Translations under genes and position numbers: made by a program
Virus record (IMG/VR): IMGVR_UViG_3300049564_000023
Coordinates: 1 to 35,747 of that record
DNA length: 35,747 nucleotides
Strand: one strand, 5' to 3'
From: a virus
Taxonomy: Duplodnaviria > Caudoviricetes
In this document: piece by piece, positions 8,393 through 16,668 of the stretch
Layout of the letters: each line of letters starts with the position of its first letter
Numbering within the stretch: the stretch's first letter is position 1
The notes under the pieces: model-generated
What the model saw: only the letters and a program-made list of their open reading frames with translations
Told to the model about the DNA's origin: nothing
The model's database searches: none

Positions 8393-8544
8393 AGAAGCCG
8401 TCTGAGCGCACAGACCTCCATGTGCGCATATCCGAGAGTCTGGCCGCCCGGTTACGACAAGCAGCGCAGGAGAACGGGCGGACGCTCAACGCCGAGATCG
8501 TGCAGCGGTTGCGGCTCAGCTTCGAGGGTTACAGCAGGCTCTAG
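8389..8544 (+). CDS. Arc-family ribbon-helix-helix DNA-binding protein (51 aa)
   Basis: Not in the ORF track: MKKPSERTDLHVRISESLAARLRQAAQENGRTLNAEIVQRLRLSF, matching the Arc A..NGRSLNAEIV.RL pattern. Confidence 0.85.
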   Translation: MKKPSERTDLHVRISESLAARLRQAAQENGRTLNAEIVQRLRLSFEGYSRL

Positions 8545-8981
8545 AGCGCGTGCGCGCGCACCCGATACATGCCGCCACAGTGCATGATCAGGCTCCCGTC
8601 CGCGACCGGCTGCTCATCAATGTAGGACGACTCGCGGAAGCAGTCAACGCTGACCGTCGTCGACGTTTCGCTGTGCTTGTGCAGGAGCACGTCGAGCCGG
8701 TCGGCGATCTGCTGTGAGAGCGTCCAGTCTTGCTGGCCTGAGCCGACCCAGTGGACGGCACCGCGGACGAGGAAGAGTAGGTCGTCCCAGACGCGGTAGA
8801 GGCCGACCGTGTAGAGGTCGCTGGCGTCTTGGCGGTCGATCTTGACGACGGGTAGCGGCTGCGTTTTTGGGACGCTGTGAATCCAGACGCCGTTGACGAG
8901 TGAGCCGAGTGTGGTGTCGGCGGCGAGGTATGCCTGGAGCCAGGTTTGGGCTGCGATCTCTTCGTTCAGGATCGTGCTCAT
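8541..8981 (-). CDS. Tail completion / terminator protein
   Basis: 146 aa; L.AD.TL..LV.GVW...P...PLP...IADRLD.LLH; AGGAG SD; synteny. Confidence 0.75.
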   Translation of the reverse strand: MSTILNEEIAAQTWLQAYLAADTTLGSLVNGVWIHSVPKTQPLPVVKIDRQDASDLYTVGLYRVWDDLLFLVRGAVHWVGSGQQDWTLSQQIADRLDVLLHKHSETSTTVSVDCFRESSYIDEQPVADGSLIMHCGGMYRVRAHAL

Positions 8982-9021
8982 GCTTTAGACTCCTGACAGC
9001 GGCGTGGCCTGCACGCGGTAA

Positions 9022-9035
9022 GAGCTCTTCGGCTA
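9022..9035 (-). promoter_or_regulatory. Degenerate late promoter-like motif TAGCCGAAGAGCTC
   Basis: First 10 nt match the motif; about 40 nt upstream of the tail terminator gene. Confidence 0.5.
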
Positions 9036-9084
9036 ACCGGGATGCGTGCTGCACCGGGCGGGAGAGTCGCCACGCCGCTCGCGC

Positions 9085-9501
9085 TCACAGTGTCGCCTTC
9101 TTCCAGCGGCCGGCGCTCTTCTTGCGGATCGTGCCCTCGAGCTCGCGACCCATGAATGCGACGAAGACCTTGTTCGCTTTCCGTGCCGCCGGCCCCATGA
9201 ACGGCATCGCCGGAAGCGCGACCGTCCCGTACTCGAAGAAGCGGACCCACCACGGATCGTCACCCCACTTCTCCGAGTGTCCCGTCGCGAAGATTTTGGC
9301 CGACTGGAAGCCGAGCCGTTCCTTGCCGACACCGATGGAGAGGTTGTAGCCGCGAGTGGCCGCATAGTCGTCGGCCTTCTGCTGTGCGAGCGTTTGGGCG
9401 GTTTCCATCCAGAGTTCGCGGGCTTCTTGGACGGCTTCGTAGGCGGCTTCGTTGACGGGTTTGAACTGGTAGCGGACCTCCATTTTTGCTGCCTTAGGCA
9501 T
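9085..9501 (-). CDS. HK97 gp10-like neck / tail-completion protein
   Basis: WWVRFFEYGT..LPAMPFMGPAA motif; start taken as ATG 9501 (TGATG overlap). Confidence 0.85.
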   Translation of the reverse strand: MPKAAKMEVRYQFKPVNEAAYEAVQEARELWMETAQTLAQQKADDYAATRGYNLSIGVGKERLGFQSAKIFATGHSEKWGDDPWWVRFFEYGTVALPAMPFMGPAARKANKVFVAFMGRELEGTIRKKSAGRWKKATL

Positions 9502-9728
9502 CAGCCGGCCGCCTTTGCAACGCCGGCCACTTTGCCGCCGCAGATGTCGACGAACCCGTCGGTGCCATTGCTGTGGACGCGGTCGATGCGGACGTAGGCG
9601 CGGCTCGGGTCGCCGTGGCCGCAGCAGGCATTGACGACGACACCGAGGAGATCCTTGAAGCAGGCGTCGACCTCGACGCCGTCCACGATGATCGGCGTCT
9701 CGAGGCCGCAGTGTGGGCAGACGCTCAT
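9501..9728 (-). CDS. Cys-rich hypothetical protein
   Basis: CPHCG...DAC...GVVVNACCGHG; TGATG overlaps at both ends. Confidence 0.7.
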   Translation of the reverse strand: MSVCPHCGLETPIIVDGVEVDACFKDLLGVVVNACCGHGDPSRAYVRIDRVHSNGTDGFVDICGGKVAGVAKAAG

Positions 9729-9952
9729 CAGGCCGCCTGAGCCGACGGTGAGCCGCAGACTTTCCGGGCATGGTGTTTCGCCTTGTGGCTGTGCTGCTTC
9801 TGTTTGCGGTGATGCACTTTGCTCTTGTGCGACGCCTGGGCGGGCTTGCCGGCGGCAGCCTTCGCGGTCTTCTTGTGCGACTTCTGAACATGCGCAGCAC
9901 GCGGCGCCTTCGGAGCTTTCGCGGAACGGATGACGCGGCAGGCTTTAGCCAT
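9728..9952 (-). CDS. Very basic K/H/A-rich small protein (histone H1-like composition)
   Basis: 74 aa with no D or E; overlaps both neighbours. Confidence 0.65.
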   Translation of the reverse strand: MAKACRVIRSAKAPKAPRAAHVQKSHKKTAKAAAGKPAQASHKSKVHHRKQKQHSHKAKHHARKVCGSPSAQAA

Positions 9953-10151
9953 CGCGGAAGGTCGCCCACCCGTTCGGGAAGATGCGCCGCATCGCGCGCA
10001 CCGACAGCAGATCCTGTAAGCGGTGGATTGCCGCGTAGAACTCGTCGGCCTCCTGGGGATGCTGACGCTCGAGCGCTTCGAAGGCGTCGACCGCGTCGCA
10101 GAGGCAGTCCATCAGTTCGCCTTCTTCGTCGGTGAGCCCGTCATCTCTCAA
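9945..10151 (-). CDS. Hypothetical protein
   Basis: TTGA overlap with the adaptor stop; plausible helical sequence. Confidence 0.65.
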   Translation of the reverse strand: MRDDGLTDEEGELMDCLCDAVDAFEALERQHPQEADEFYAAIHRLQDLLSVRAMRRIFPNGWATFRDG

Positions 10152-11101
10152 CCGACCAGCTCGTCCCGGTAAGACAACGCCACGTCCATCGCGGCGCCCG
10201 GCAACGCATCATCCTTGGCCGCACCGGACGAAGCCGAAGCGGCCAGATCCTCCTTGTACTGCTCCACGTCCCTGTCCATCGTCGAGACGACAGCGTCAAG
10301 GACAGCCTGCCGAACGTTGCCCGGCACAGACGGGAACCCCCACACACCGGTCACTTCAACAACGTACGGGTACCAGGAGGACCAGAACCGCGTTACGTTC
10401 TGGGTGAAGCGGAGCGTCCTGATCGGCTCCCACGTTCGCCGCACCCTCGGAAGCGAGATCACATCCGACAAGGATGGGGTTTGGATCAGGTTGCCGAGCT
10501 CGTCGAGGATTCTGACTTGGGTGAAGCTGGTCAGGTCGCCGACCCGGATCTCGCGCCGCCAGATCGCCACCTCGTCGATGTCGAAGGTGCGGACGAGCGG
10601 GTTCGTGCCGAACACTTTGAATTCGCGTTCGGCTTCTTCGGCGAAGCGGGCGGACATGTCGTTGATGACCCTGACGAGGTTGAGATCATCCGAGGTATCG
10701 ATGTTCAGGTTGCGTAGCCAGGCTTTGGTTTCGGAGAGGCTGACGAGCGCGTAGGTTGCGATGCCAGCGTCGAGGGTGAACTCGTCCGGGTCGACGATCG
10801 CCTGCTGCTGCTCGGTCGCCGCCGCGGCCCCGGTGCCTTCGAACTTGACGTACCAGTAGCCGGATGCGTTGAGGGTGATGCCAGGGTTGAGTTTGAAGAT
10901 CCCGGTCGCGGTCTTCGCCACCGGAGTCGAAGCGCTGTTCAGTGTGGAGACGAGCACGTTGTTCAGCAGTACCGTTTCGACGCCGGCCGCGTCCTGTTGG
11001 CGGACGGTGAGGTTGGTCGGGTCGGTGTTGACGGAGGCGACGGTGAAGGTGGCCTGGGGTACCCAGATGTCGCCTACGTCGTAATGGGTGATCTTCGCCA
11101 C
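10148..11101 (-). CDS. Head-tail connector (gp6-like) with an extra N-terminal beta domain
   Basis: ALVSLSETKAWL...VEVTGVWGFPSVPGNVRQAVL connector pattern, preceded by about 105 aa of YDVGD...TDPT...TGIF...GYWYVKFEGTG. Confidence 0.8.
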   Translation of the reverse strand: MAKITHYDVGDIWVPQATFTVASVNTDPTNLTVRQQDAAGVETVLLNNVLVSTLNSASTPVAKTATGIFKLNPGITLNASGYWYVKFEGTGAAAATEQQQAIVDPDEFTLDAGIATYALVSLSETKAWLRNLNIDTSDDLNLVRVINDMSARFAEEAEREFKVFGTNPLVRTFDIDEVAIWRREIRVGDLTSFTQVRILDELGNLIQTPSLSDVISLPRVRRTWEPIRTLRFTQNVTRFWSSWYPYVVEVTGVWGFPSVPGNVRQAVLDAVVSTMDRDVEQYKEDLAASASSGAAKDDALPGAAMDVALSYRDELVG

Positions 11102-11105
11102 TGTC

Positions 11106-11119
11106 TTGTTCTTCGGCTA
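11106..11119 (-). promoter_or_regulatory. Late promoter-like motif TAGCCGAAGAACAA (leaderless spacing to GTG 11101)
   Basis: Exact 14-mer; GCCGAAGA ends 8 nt before the start codon. Confidence 0.78.
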
Positions 11120-12391
11120 GGGGGTCAGGTCGCGAACGGTGACCTGGGCGCCTGTGCTGTCCTGTGTGCTCACCTGGGCGCCGCTAGTGTCCGTCACCGC
11201 CACTGTCGCCCCGGTGCCCTCCTGGACGCTTACGGACGCGCCGGGGCTATCTACAAGGCCGACCGCCATGAGGATGCTGTCGATCACCGAGACGGCTGCG
11301 GCGACAACCGCCACACCCGGCCCCACGAAGGCAGTGACGAGGGAGGCCGCGAGGGAGACGGTCGCGGTCAAAGTCTTGGTGATCTTCTTCGCTACGGTCG
11401 CGGTTGCGGCGACTGTGATGGTTAGCGGCTTGCTGGTCTGACGGACCATTGACGCTGTCACGGCCACACTTGTCGCGGTAAGCACTCGAATGAACACGCG
11501 GATCGCGGAGAGCGAAGCCGTGACAACGACGTTGGTGGCGCGCAGCGTCTTGTTGGTCTGACGTACCAGGGTCGCGGTCGCGGCGACCGTGGTGGCGGTT
11601 AGTGGCTTCCCAGCCTGCCGGATCAGGCTGCCGCTGACGACGACGGTGGTCGCGGTGAGCGCACGCAGGAATACGCGGATCGCGGCAAGGGTCGCAGTCA
11701 CGACCACAGCGGTCGCTGTCAGCGTCTTCGCGGTTTGGCGTTGGACGGTTGCCGTCGCCAGCACCGACGTGGCGGTCAGCGTCCGCTTCCACGCGAGGCT
11801 CCAGGCCAGCGTCGCCGTAGCCGCGACAGCTGTGGCGGTCAGCAGCTTGTTTGTCTGGCGGATCATCGTCGCAGTCACGACCACGGACGTTGCGGTGAGG
11901 GTGCGAAGGAACGCTCTCGAGGCGACCAGGGTCGCGGTGACGATGACGGTTGTGGCGGTGACCTTCTTGTTCGTCTGACGGACAAGGTTTGCGGTAGCTG
12001 CGACCGCTGTCGCCGTCAACGGTTTTCCCACCTGCCGCACGAGGGTCGCGGTGACCACCACGGCCGTCGCGGTCAGCACACGAATGAACACTCGGAGCGC
12101 TTGAAGGGTCGCCGTTACGGCTACTGCGGTCGCGGTCACGATCTTCGCTGTCTGCCGGACAAGGGTCGCGGTGGCCACCACGCTGGTCGCCGTCAACGCT
12201 TTCAGGGTCAGGTTCACGACCGGGACTGTCGCCGCGACGGTGGCGGAGAGGATCTTGTTCGTCTGCCGCACCAGGGTCGCGGTGACGACGACGACATCCG
12301 CCGTCAGCGATTGCAAGTTCAGGATCGCGGTGAGTCCGCCGGAATGAGGCTGCTGGATTTGCGGGCCAGGCCCAGGAAGGAAGAGAGGCAC
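11117..12391 (-). CDS. Thr/Val/Ala-rich repeat protein, putative fibre shaft
   Basis: Roughly 17 repeats of about 19-21 aa (LTAT.V..TATL.RQT.K. / LTAT.V.VTATL.A.RVF.R.). Start taken as GTG 12391 (TAGTG overlap). Confidence 0.8.
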   Translation of the reverse strand: MPLFLPGPGPQIQQPHSGGLTAILNLQSLTADVVVVTATLVRQTNKILSATVAATVPVVNLTLKALTATSVVATATLVRQTAKIVTATAVAVTATLQALRVFIRVLTATAVVVTATLVRQVGKPLTATAVAATANLVRQTNKKVTATTVIVTATLVASRAFLRTLTATSVVVTATMIRQTNKLLTATAVAATATLAWSLAWKRTLTATSVLATATVQRQTAKTLTATAVVVTATLAAIRVFLRALTATTVVVSGSLIRQAGKPLTATTVAATATLVRQTNKTLRATNVVVTASLSAIRVFIRVLTATSVAVTASMVRQTSKPLTITVAATATVAKKITKTLTATVSLAASLVTAFVGPGVAVVAAAVSVIDSILMAVGLVDSPGASVSVQEGTGATVAVTDTSGAQVSTQDSTGAQVTVRDLTP

Positions 12392-12948
12392 TAGTTCATC
12401 GCGTAGAAGAGGCACCACTGAGTCGTCCACGACCCGGCGACGCTCAGGGTCTTGCAGATGTTCAAGGTCTGGTTGACGGCGTGGTCGAATGCGGCCGAGG
12501 TGCCGCCGAAGGTCACGTCCAGGCCGCTGTTGGCGGTGGCGGCCACCCCGCCCGACTGGAAGATGCCGGTGCCTTTGATCGTGGCGTTGTTGCCGCCGGG
12601 GTCGCCGGTGGTGAGCACGGTCAAGACGAAACGCATCCACCAGGGACCGGACAGTGACGTAGCGGGGACGGTCTGCGCAATGGAGGCGCCGAGAGCGGTG
12701 CCGGTCGTGCCGCTCGTCGTGCTGATGAACGGGGTAATCGTCAGAGCTCCGGTTGCGCCGGTCGTGATCAGTCCGCCAGCCTCGAGCACGTACACCTTCC
12801 CAGGTCGAGGGTCGTAGGCGGGGATGACGAAGTAGCGCAACGAGTTGGAGACGATGTTCGTGATCGCCGTTGCGGCGTTCGCTGCGAGAGGGTCGGTGAT
12901 CGCCGGCTCGGTGAGTAGGCCACCGTCTTGGAGGTATTGGCGCGCCAT
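12391..12948 (-). CDS. Putative virion structural protein (Thr/Gly-rich beta protein)
   Basis: AAAGGA SD; composition; position in the post-capsid cluster. Confidence 0.75.
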   Translation of the reverse strand: MARQYLQDGGLLTEPAITDPLAANAATAITNIVSNSLRYFVIPAYDPRPGKVYVLEAGGLITTGATGALTITPFISTTSGTTGTALGASIAQTVPATSLSGPWWMRFVLTVLTTGDPGGNNATIKGTGIFQSGGVAATANSGLDVTFGGTSAAFDHAVNQTLNICKTLSVAGSWTTQWCLFYAMN

Positions 12949-13059
12949 CTAGATTCCTTTCGTCCGCTGCATGAATGGGATCGCTTTGAACGGGCGGGCC
13001 ATCTGCTGCGGAATCCTTGTGACTTGTTCGACTGTGATCAGGAGCGGCGCAGTCAGCAT
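12949..13059 (-). CDS. 36-aa ORF MLTAPLLITVEQVTRIPQQMARPFKAIPFMQRTKGI
   Basis: Exactly fills the gap, with TAG-ATG junctions at both ends. Confidence 0.5.
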   Translation of the reverse strand: MLTAPLLITVEQVTRIPQQMARPFKAIPFMQRTKGI

Positions 13060-13974
13060 CTATGCGGCCCACACTTCATAGGCAAAACCGCCCCAAGCAT
13101 TGGCGCCGGTCGCGTTGTCGGGGCCGCCGTAGCTGATGTTGTAGCCCGCCGTGCCGACAGTCTCCACGCCCCAGGCGGCGTCCCAGGTGAAACTCGTATT
13201 GCCAGCCAACCCTGTAACGAGGAAGGACGCGTCGATCACGTAGTGGTCAGTCGCCAGGGCTGAGCCGGCCTGGGTGCTCGTGTTGTGGATCGCCTGCCGG
13301 CCTCTGACCGTGGCGCCGTCGAGGATGCCGAGATGGATCGCGCCGGTTGCGCCGGTGGTCCCTTGGAACAGGGTGCGCATCCGGACGAGGACGTTGCCGG
13401 TCGCTGTCGTTGTGAACGTCAGACGCAGGTTGGTGGTGTCGAACGCGGTCATCGCCTGCAAGGTGGAGATCGCCTTGTTGGTGACGGCCGTCCCGGGATC
13501 GTAGAGCGTCCCGGCGAGCAAGTTGGTTGTCTCCCAGACCTCGAAGCAGTAGCCGCCCCAGGCGTCGTTCGCGGTGGCGTTGTCCGGGCCGCCGTATCCG
13601 ATCGTCGACGACGCGACGACCACCTGTGTCGCGACGGCGGCGTCCCAGGTAAGCGCAGCGCCTGGTGTGAGACCTGTGACGACGGCTAACGCCTCGAACG
13701 GCTGAAACGCGGTGGCGGTGGTTCCTGTCTTGGGCCGAAACGGCGCCACCCGTGCCCGTACCGTCGACGCTTCCAGAACACCGCAGAGCACCATTGGCGT
13801 CGAGGTGCCACCTCTGATGTTGCCGCGCTGCCGGACGAGCACGTTCCCGTTCGCTGGAGCGCTGAACGTCAGACGCAGATTCGTGGTGTCGAGCGCCGTC
13901 ATCGCTGTCAGCGTCGACAACGCAGCCGTGGCAGCAGTCGCCGGGTCATACGTTTTGCCCGCCAGCAGCGCCAT
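13060..13974 (-). CDS. Putative structural protein made of two tandem ~150-aa repeats
   Basis: LLAG..YDP.TA...MTA.DTTNLRLTF...GNVLVR and YGGPDNAT...AWGG...EVW each occur twice. Confidence 0.8.
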   Translation of the reverse strand: MALLAGKTYDPATAATAALSTLTAMTALDTTNLRLTFSAPANGNVLVRQRGNIRGGTSTPMVLCGVLEASTVRARVAPFRPKTGTTATAFQPFEALAVVTGLTPGAALTWDAAVATQVVVASSTIGYGGPDNATANDAWGGYCFEVWETTNLLAGTLYDPGTAVTNKAISTLQAMTAFDTTNLRLTFTTTATGNVLVRMRTLFQGTTGATGAIHLGILDGATVRGRQAIHNTSTQAGSALATDHYVIDASFLVTGLAGNTSFTWDAAWGVETVGTAGYNISYGGPDNATGANAWGGFAYEVWAA

Positions 13975-15156
13975 CTAGGTTGCGCCTCCGACCGCGCCCA
14001 CGTTCGTCACCGCCGTAGCCGCAAAACTCTCCCAGCCCGCATAGGTGGTCGCGTCCACGCCGCCGCGCGCATCCCCGATGTTCACCTGGTTACGGTCGAC
14101 CTCCCAGTCGGCGTTGTTCGAACTGATCCACTGGTCGAACTGCTGCACCCCACAGAGAACGTGGCGGCCGGCGGACCCGGTCGGCGTATGCGGATACGAG
14201 ACCGAGCCGATGTTCGTGTACCAGTTCGCCTTCCGCGACGCTGAGCCGCTGTCGTACAGGCCGCCGGTCTCCCAGATCACGATCGGCTTCGCGCCGCCGT
14301 ACTCGTTCATGATCGACGGCTGGCCGCTGTTGTAACCAAGCGTCGTGTAGTTGAACAACTCGTCGAACTCAGCCCAGCCCGTGTGCATCGGCGACGAGTT
14401 GCCGCCGTTGATGCCGTGGTTGTAACGGTCGATCCCGACCCAGTCCACATAGGCGTCGCCGGGATAGGTGGCGAGCAGCTGGGTGCGGCCGGTGAAGCCG
14501 ACCGTGTTGTTGCGGTTCGCGAGCTCGGACGGACACCAACAGAACCCGACATTGGTTGCGCCGGCTGTGCGCATGTAGTTGACGATGTACCGCCAGCCCG
14601 CGATCCAGTCCGACGCGATCGTTGCCAGCTGCGGCGCCGTGTTGCTCGAGTCGCCGGTGAAATACGGCTGGAGGTTCTGGCTGTTCTGTTCACGCCAGAA
14701 CCGCCAGATGATCCGGTGGCCGAAATTGATGAACCGCGTCGCCACTGTGGCGAGCGTGCTGTCGTGCAGACCCGCAGCCATGTCCGCTGGGGTGAACGCG
14801 ACCCCGGCTGTGTCGCAGGGGTGGTAGGTGACGCAGGGGATCGAGCCGAGCCCGTGAATCCAGGTTTCGCTGGTGGTGCCGTAGGTGTCGCCGGTGGCGA
14901 GGTTCGCCGCGTCGAGCTTGTACCCGATCAGATCGAAGATCGACCGGCCTGAGTCGGTCAGCCGCTGCTGCACCAGCGTCCGGTTCTGGGCGGCGCTGTT
15001 GCCGTCCGCGGCGGACCACATGCCGAACAGGAACCCGCCGGTGTTGGGGAGCACGTTGTTCGCTCCAAGCGGACCCGTGTAGTAGGAGGCCGGGAACCCA
15101 GACACCACCCCGGTCTGCGCCGCCGGGTTCGTCATCGTCACTTGGTAAGTCGACAT
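13975..15156 (-). CDS. Glycoside hydrolase family 26-like protein
   Basis: WRFWREQN (acid/base), YPGDAYVDWVGIDRYN, KPIVIWETG (nucleophile). Confidence 0.88.
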   Translation of the reverse strand: MSTYQVTMTNPAAQTGVVSGFPASYYTGPLGANNVLPNTGGFLFGMWSAADGNSAAQNRTLVQQRLTDSGRSIFDLIGYKLDAANLATGDTYGTTSETWIHGLGSIPCVTYHPCDTAGVAFTPADMAAGLHDSTLATVATRFINFGHRIIWRFWREQNSQNLQPYFTGDSSNTAPQLATIASDWIAGWRYIVNYMRTAGATNVGFCWCPSELANRNNTVGFTGRTQLLATYPGDAYVDWVGIDRYNHGINGGNSSPMHTGWAEFDELFNYTTLGYNSGQPSIMNEYGGAKPIVIWETGGLYDSGSASRKANWYTNIGSVSYPHTPTGSAGRHVLCGVQQFDQWISSNNADWEVDRNQVNIGDARGGVDATTYAGWESFAATAVTNVGAVGGAT

Positions 15157-15393
15157 CTATACGGGCACGACGTTGTTGTTGCCGAGCGGCCCGGAGAAGT
15201 AGGAGGGCGGATACCCGCCCACCGGCGGCGCCGTTGTTGTGGGTGCCGTCGTGGCGGTCGTAGTTGTCGTGTGTCTGTGTCTTAGCCCGGCAGCCGGCGC
15301 GAGCAGGTATGCGGCACCGGTGCCCGCCGCGGCAAGACCCGCCGCCTCAAGAAACCTCCTGCGGGTCAGACGTTCCTGCTCCTCCGCGGTCAT
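15157..15393 (-). CDS. Small protein with twin-arginine (Tat)-like signal and Thr-rich linker
   Basis: LTRRRFLEAAGLAAAG...; its C-terminus resembles the N-terminus of the GH26. Confidence 0.7.
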   Translation of the reverse strand: MTAEEQERLTRRRFLEAAGLAAAGTGAAYLLAPAAGLRHRHTTTTTATTAPTTTAPPVGGYPPSYFSGPLGNNNVVPV

Positions 15394-15798
15394 CTATGCG
15401 AATACCGCCTTGAACGTGAACTGGATCGAATCGCCGCTCGACAACGCGATACCGGCGAAATCGCCTTTCACGAACAGGTTCCCACCGGAGGCGGCGTCGA
15501 ACAGACCGGCCACGGTGACGGTGCCTGCACCCGTCGCGGTACGGGTGCCGACCACCTGATAGGTGTCGTTGGTGACCGTCGTCGTGACGCGCGTCGAGGT
15601 GCCAAGCGTATGGTCGGTGCCCGCCGACGTTGACAGATCGACGAGCTTCTCGACGGTGGTCGGACCAAGACCTGTGTCGGTGACCAGCGCTGTGGTCTGG
15701 GTGCCGGTCCCCCAACCGATATTGAGCGGCTCGGTGCCGGCGCCTTTGATCCGGTTCGTAATGATGTCGCGGCCTGCGTTGACGACGACGGTAGCCAC
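15394..15798 (-). CDS. Putative fibre-base structural protein
   Basis: VVNAGR...IGWGTG...TDTGL...AGLFDAASGGNLF...GDSIQFTF resembles fibre N-terminal anchor domains. Confidence 0.75.
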   Translation of the reverse strand: MATVVVNAGRDIITNRIKGAGTEPLNIGWGTGTQTTALVTDTGLGPTTVEKLVDLSTSAGTDHTLGTSTRVTTTVTNDTYQVVGTRTATGAGTVTVAGLFDAASGGNLFVKGDFAGIALSSGDSIQFTFKAVFA

Positions 15799-15966
15799 TT
15801 AGCCCTCCTTTGCGTCCAGGAGCTCGAGGGCGAGGCCCGCGGCCTCCTCTGCGAGATTCGCGGCCGTCTTCGCGTCCGCCTGTTTCGGGTTCAGCGCGTA
15901 GCCCTGCGCGATTGTCTGGATCTGCTCGAGCCGCGCCCGGAGCGTCTTCTTCTTAGCTGCGGCCAT
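15799..15966 (-). CDS. Hypothetical helical protein (55 aa)
   Basis: ATG 15966 follows GGAG. Confidence 0.6.
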   Translation of the reverse strand: MAAAKKKTLRARLEQIQTIAQGYALNPKQADAKTAANLAEEAAGLALELLDAKEG

Positions 15967-16111
15967 ATGTGAGTCTCCACCAGAGTCGCCGAAACGGATT
16001 CGTGCTCCAATAGCTAACGACGCCGAGATCCTCAACGCTGCCGTCGGCACGGATCACGACCGCCTCGATTGACGCCTCCTTCAGCTGCGACGTTGCGGCG
16101 AGTTCACCCAT
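15953..16111 (-). CDS. Hypothetical protein (52 aa, IEAVVIRADGSVEDLGVVSYW)
   Basis: Not in the ORF track; overlaps both neighbours; good codon usage. Confidence 0.65.
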   Translation of the reverse strand: MGELAATSQLKEASIEAVVIRADGSVEDLGVVSYWSTNPFRRLWWRLTYGRS

Positions 16112-16340
16112 CGTCGCGCTTCTCCCCCGGTGCCGCGGTGGCGCGCTCGAGCCCGAACTTGACGTAGTCCTTCGGCTCGGCAGGGTCGAAGAAGTTCATG
16201 CGGCCTTTGAGGATCTTGTGGCCGGGAGCGACGAGGTCGCCCTTGTCGACCCCGATGATCTCGCCGTCGACCATGCACGAGAAGGACTGGTTGGCGATGT
16301 ACAGGTCGGGCTTCTTCGCTGCTGCTCTCTTCGCGGGCAT
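16104..16340 (-). CDS. Small post-capsid protein (VDKGDLVAPGH...ERATAAPGEKR)
   Basis: AGGAG SD; E.ATAAPGEKR tail recalled from genes following actinophage capsids. Confidence 0.75.
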   Translation of the reverse strand: MPAKRAAAKKPDLYIANQSFSCMVDGEIIGVDKGDLVAPGHKILKGRMNFFDPAEPKDYVKFGLERATAAPGEKRDDG

Positions 16341-16350
16341 CTGGCGTCTC

Positions 16351-16476
16351 CTATCGTTTCTTGTCCTGTTGCTGCTGCTGGCTGACGAGCGCCCCGACGG
16401 TCTTCGGTTGGGCGTTGGGCTGAGGGTGATAGACACCCTGGTCAGACGGTTGCAGCTTCTTGATCGGAGCAGCCAT
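16351..16476 (-). CDS. Hypothetical 41-aa protein
   Basis: TAG-ATG junction upstream; its stop overlaps the next SD. Confidence 0.5.
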   Translation of the reverse strand: MAAPIKKLQPSDQGVYHPQPNAQPKTVGALVSQQQQQDKKR

Positions 16477-16605
16477 CTACTTGCCCGGCACCGGGATCGT
16501 CGGGGTGCCCTTGCCGTCGGTCGGCGCGATCTTCATACCCGCCGGCGCCGTCTCAGGCGGCGGCGACTTCTGCGGGCCGATCTTGATGTTCTTGCTCGGT
16601 GCCAT
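16477..16605 (-). CDS. Hypothetical Pro/Lys-rich 42-aa protein
   Basis: AAAGGAG SD before ATG 16605. Confidence 0.6.
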   Translation of the reverse strand: MAPSKNIKIGPQKSPPPETAPAGMKIAPTDGKGTPTIPVPGK

Positions 16606-16668
16606 CGGTTCTCCTTTGGGTGGGGGAGACTCCGAGTGCGGCCTCGAAGCCTCCCCACCACTTTCGGT

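Noticed and set aside
12392-13072. N-terminal 227 aa of the 651-aa ORF 11117-13072
   Set aside because: Arg/His-rich shadow frame overlapping better genes (12391-12948, 12949-13059); real start taken at 12391.
11117-15156. Diversity-generating retroelement acting on the fibre-like genes
   Set aside because: No reverse transcriptase and no template/variable repeat pair differing at adenines was seen.
983-16605. Genome-wide TAG reassignment (alternative genetic code)
   Set aside because: The TAG junctions are followed by start codons, often with an SD; capsid, portal, terminase and tape measure have no internal TAG; no suppressor tRNA seen. Occasional read-through remains possible.
16618-16660. 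Rho-independent terminator after the capsid gene
   Set aside because: An imperfect GC stem is present but there is no U-tract on the coding strand; function not supportable.
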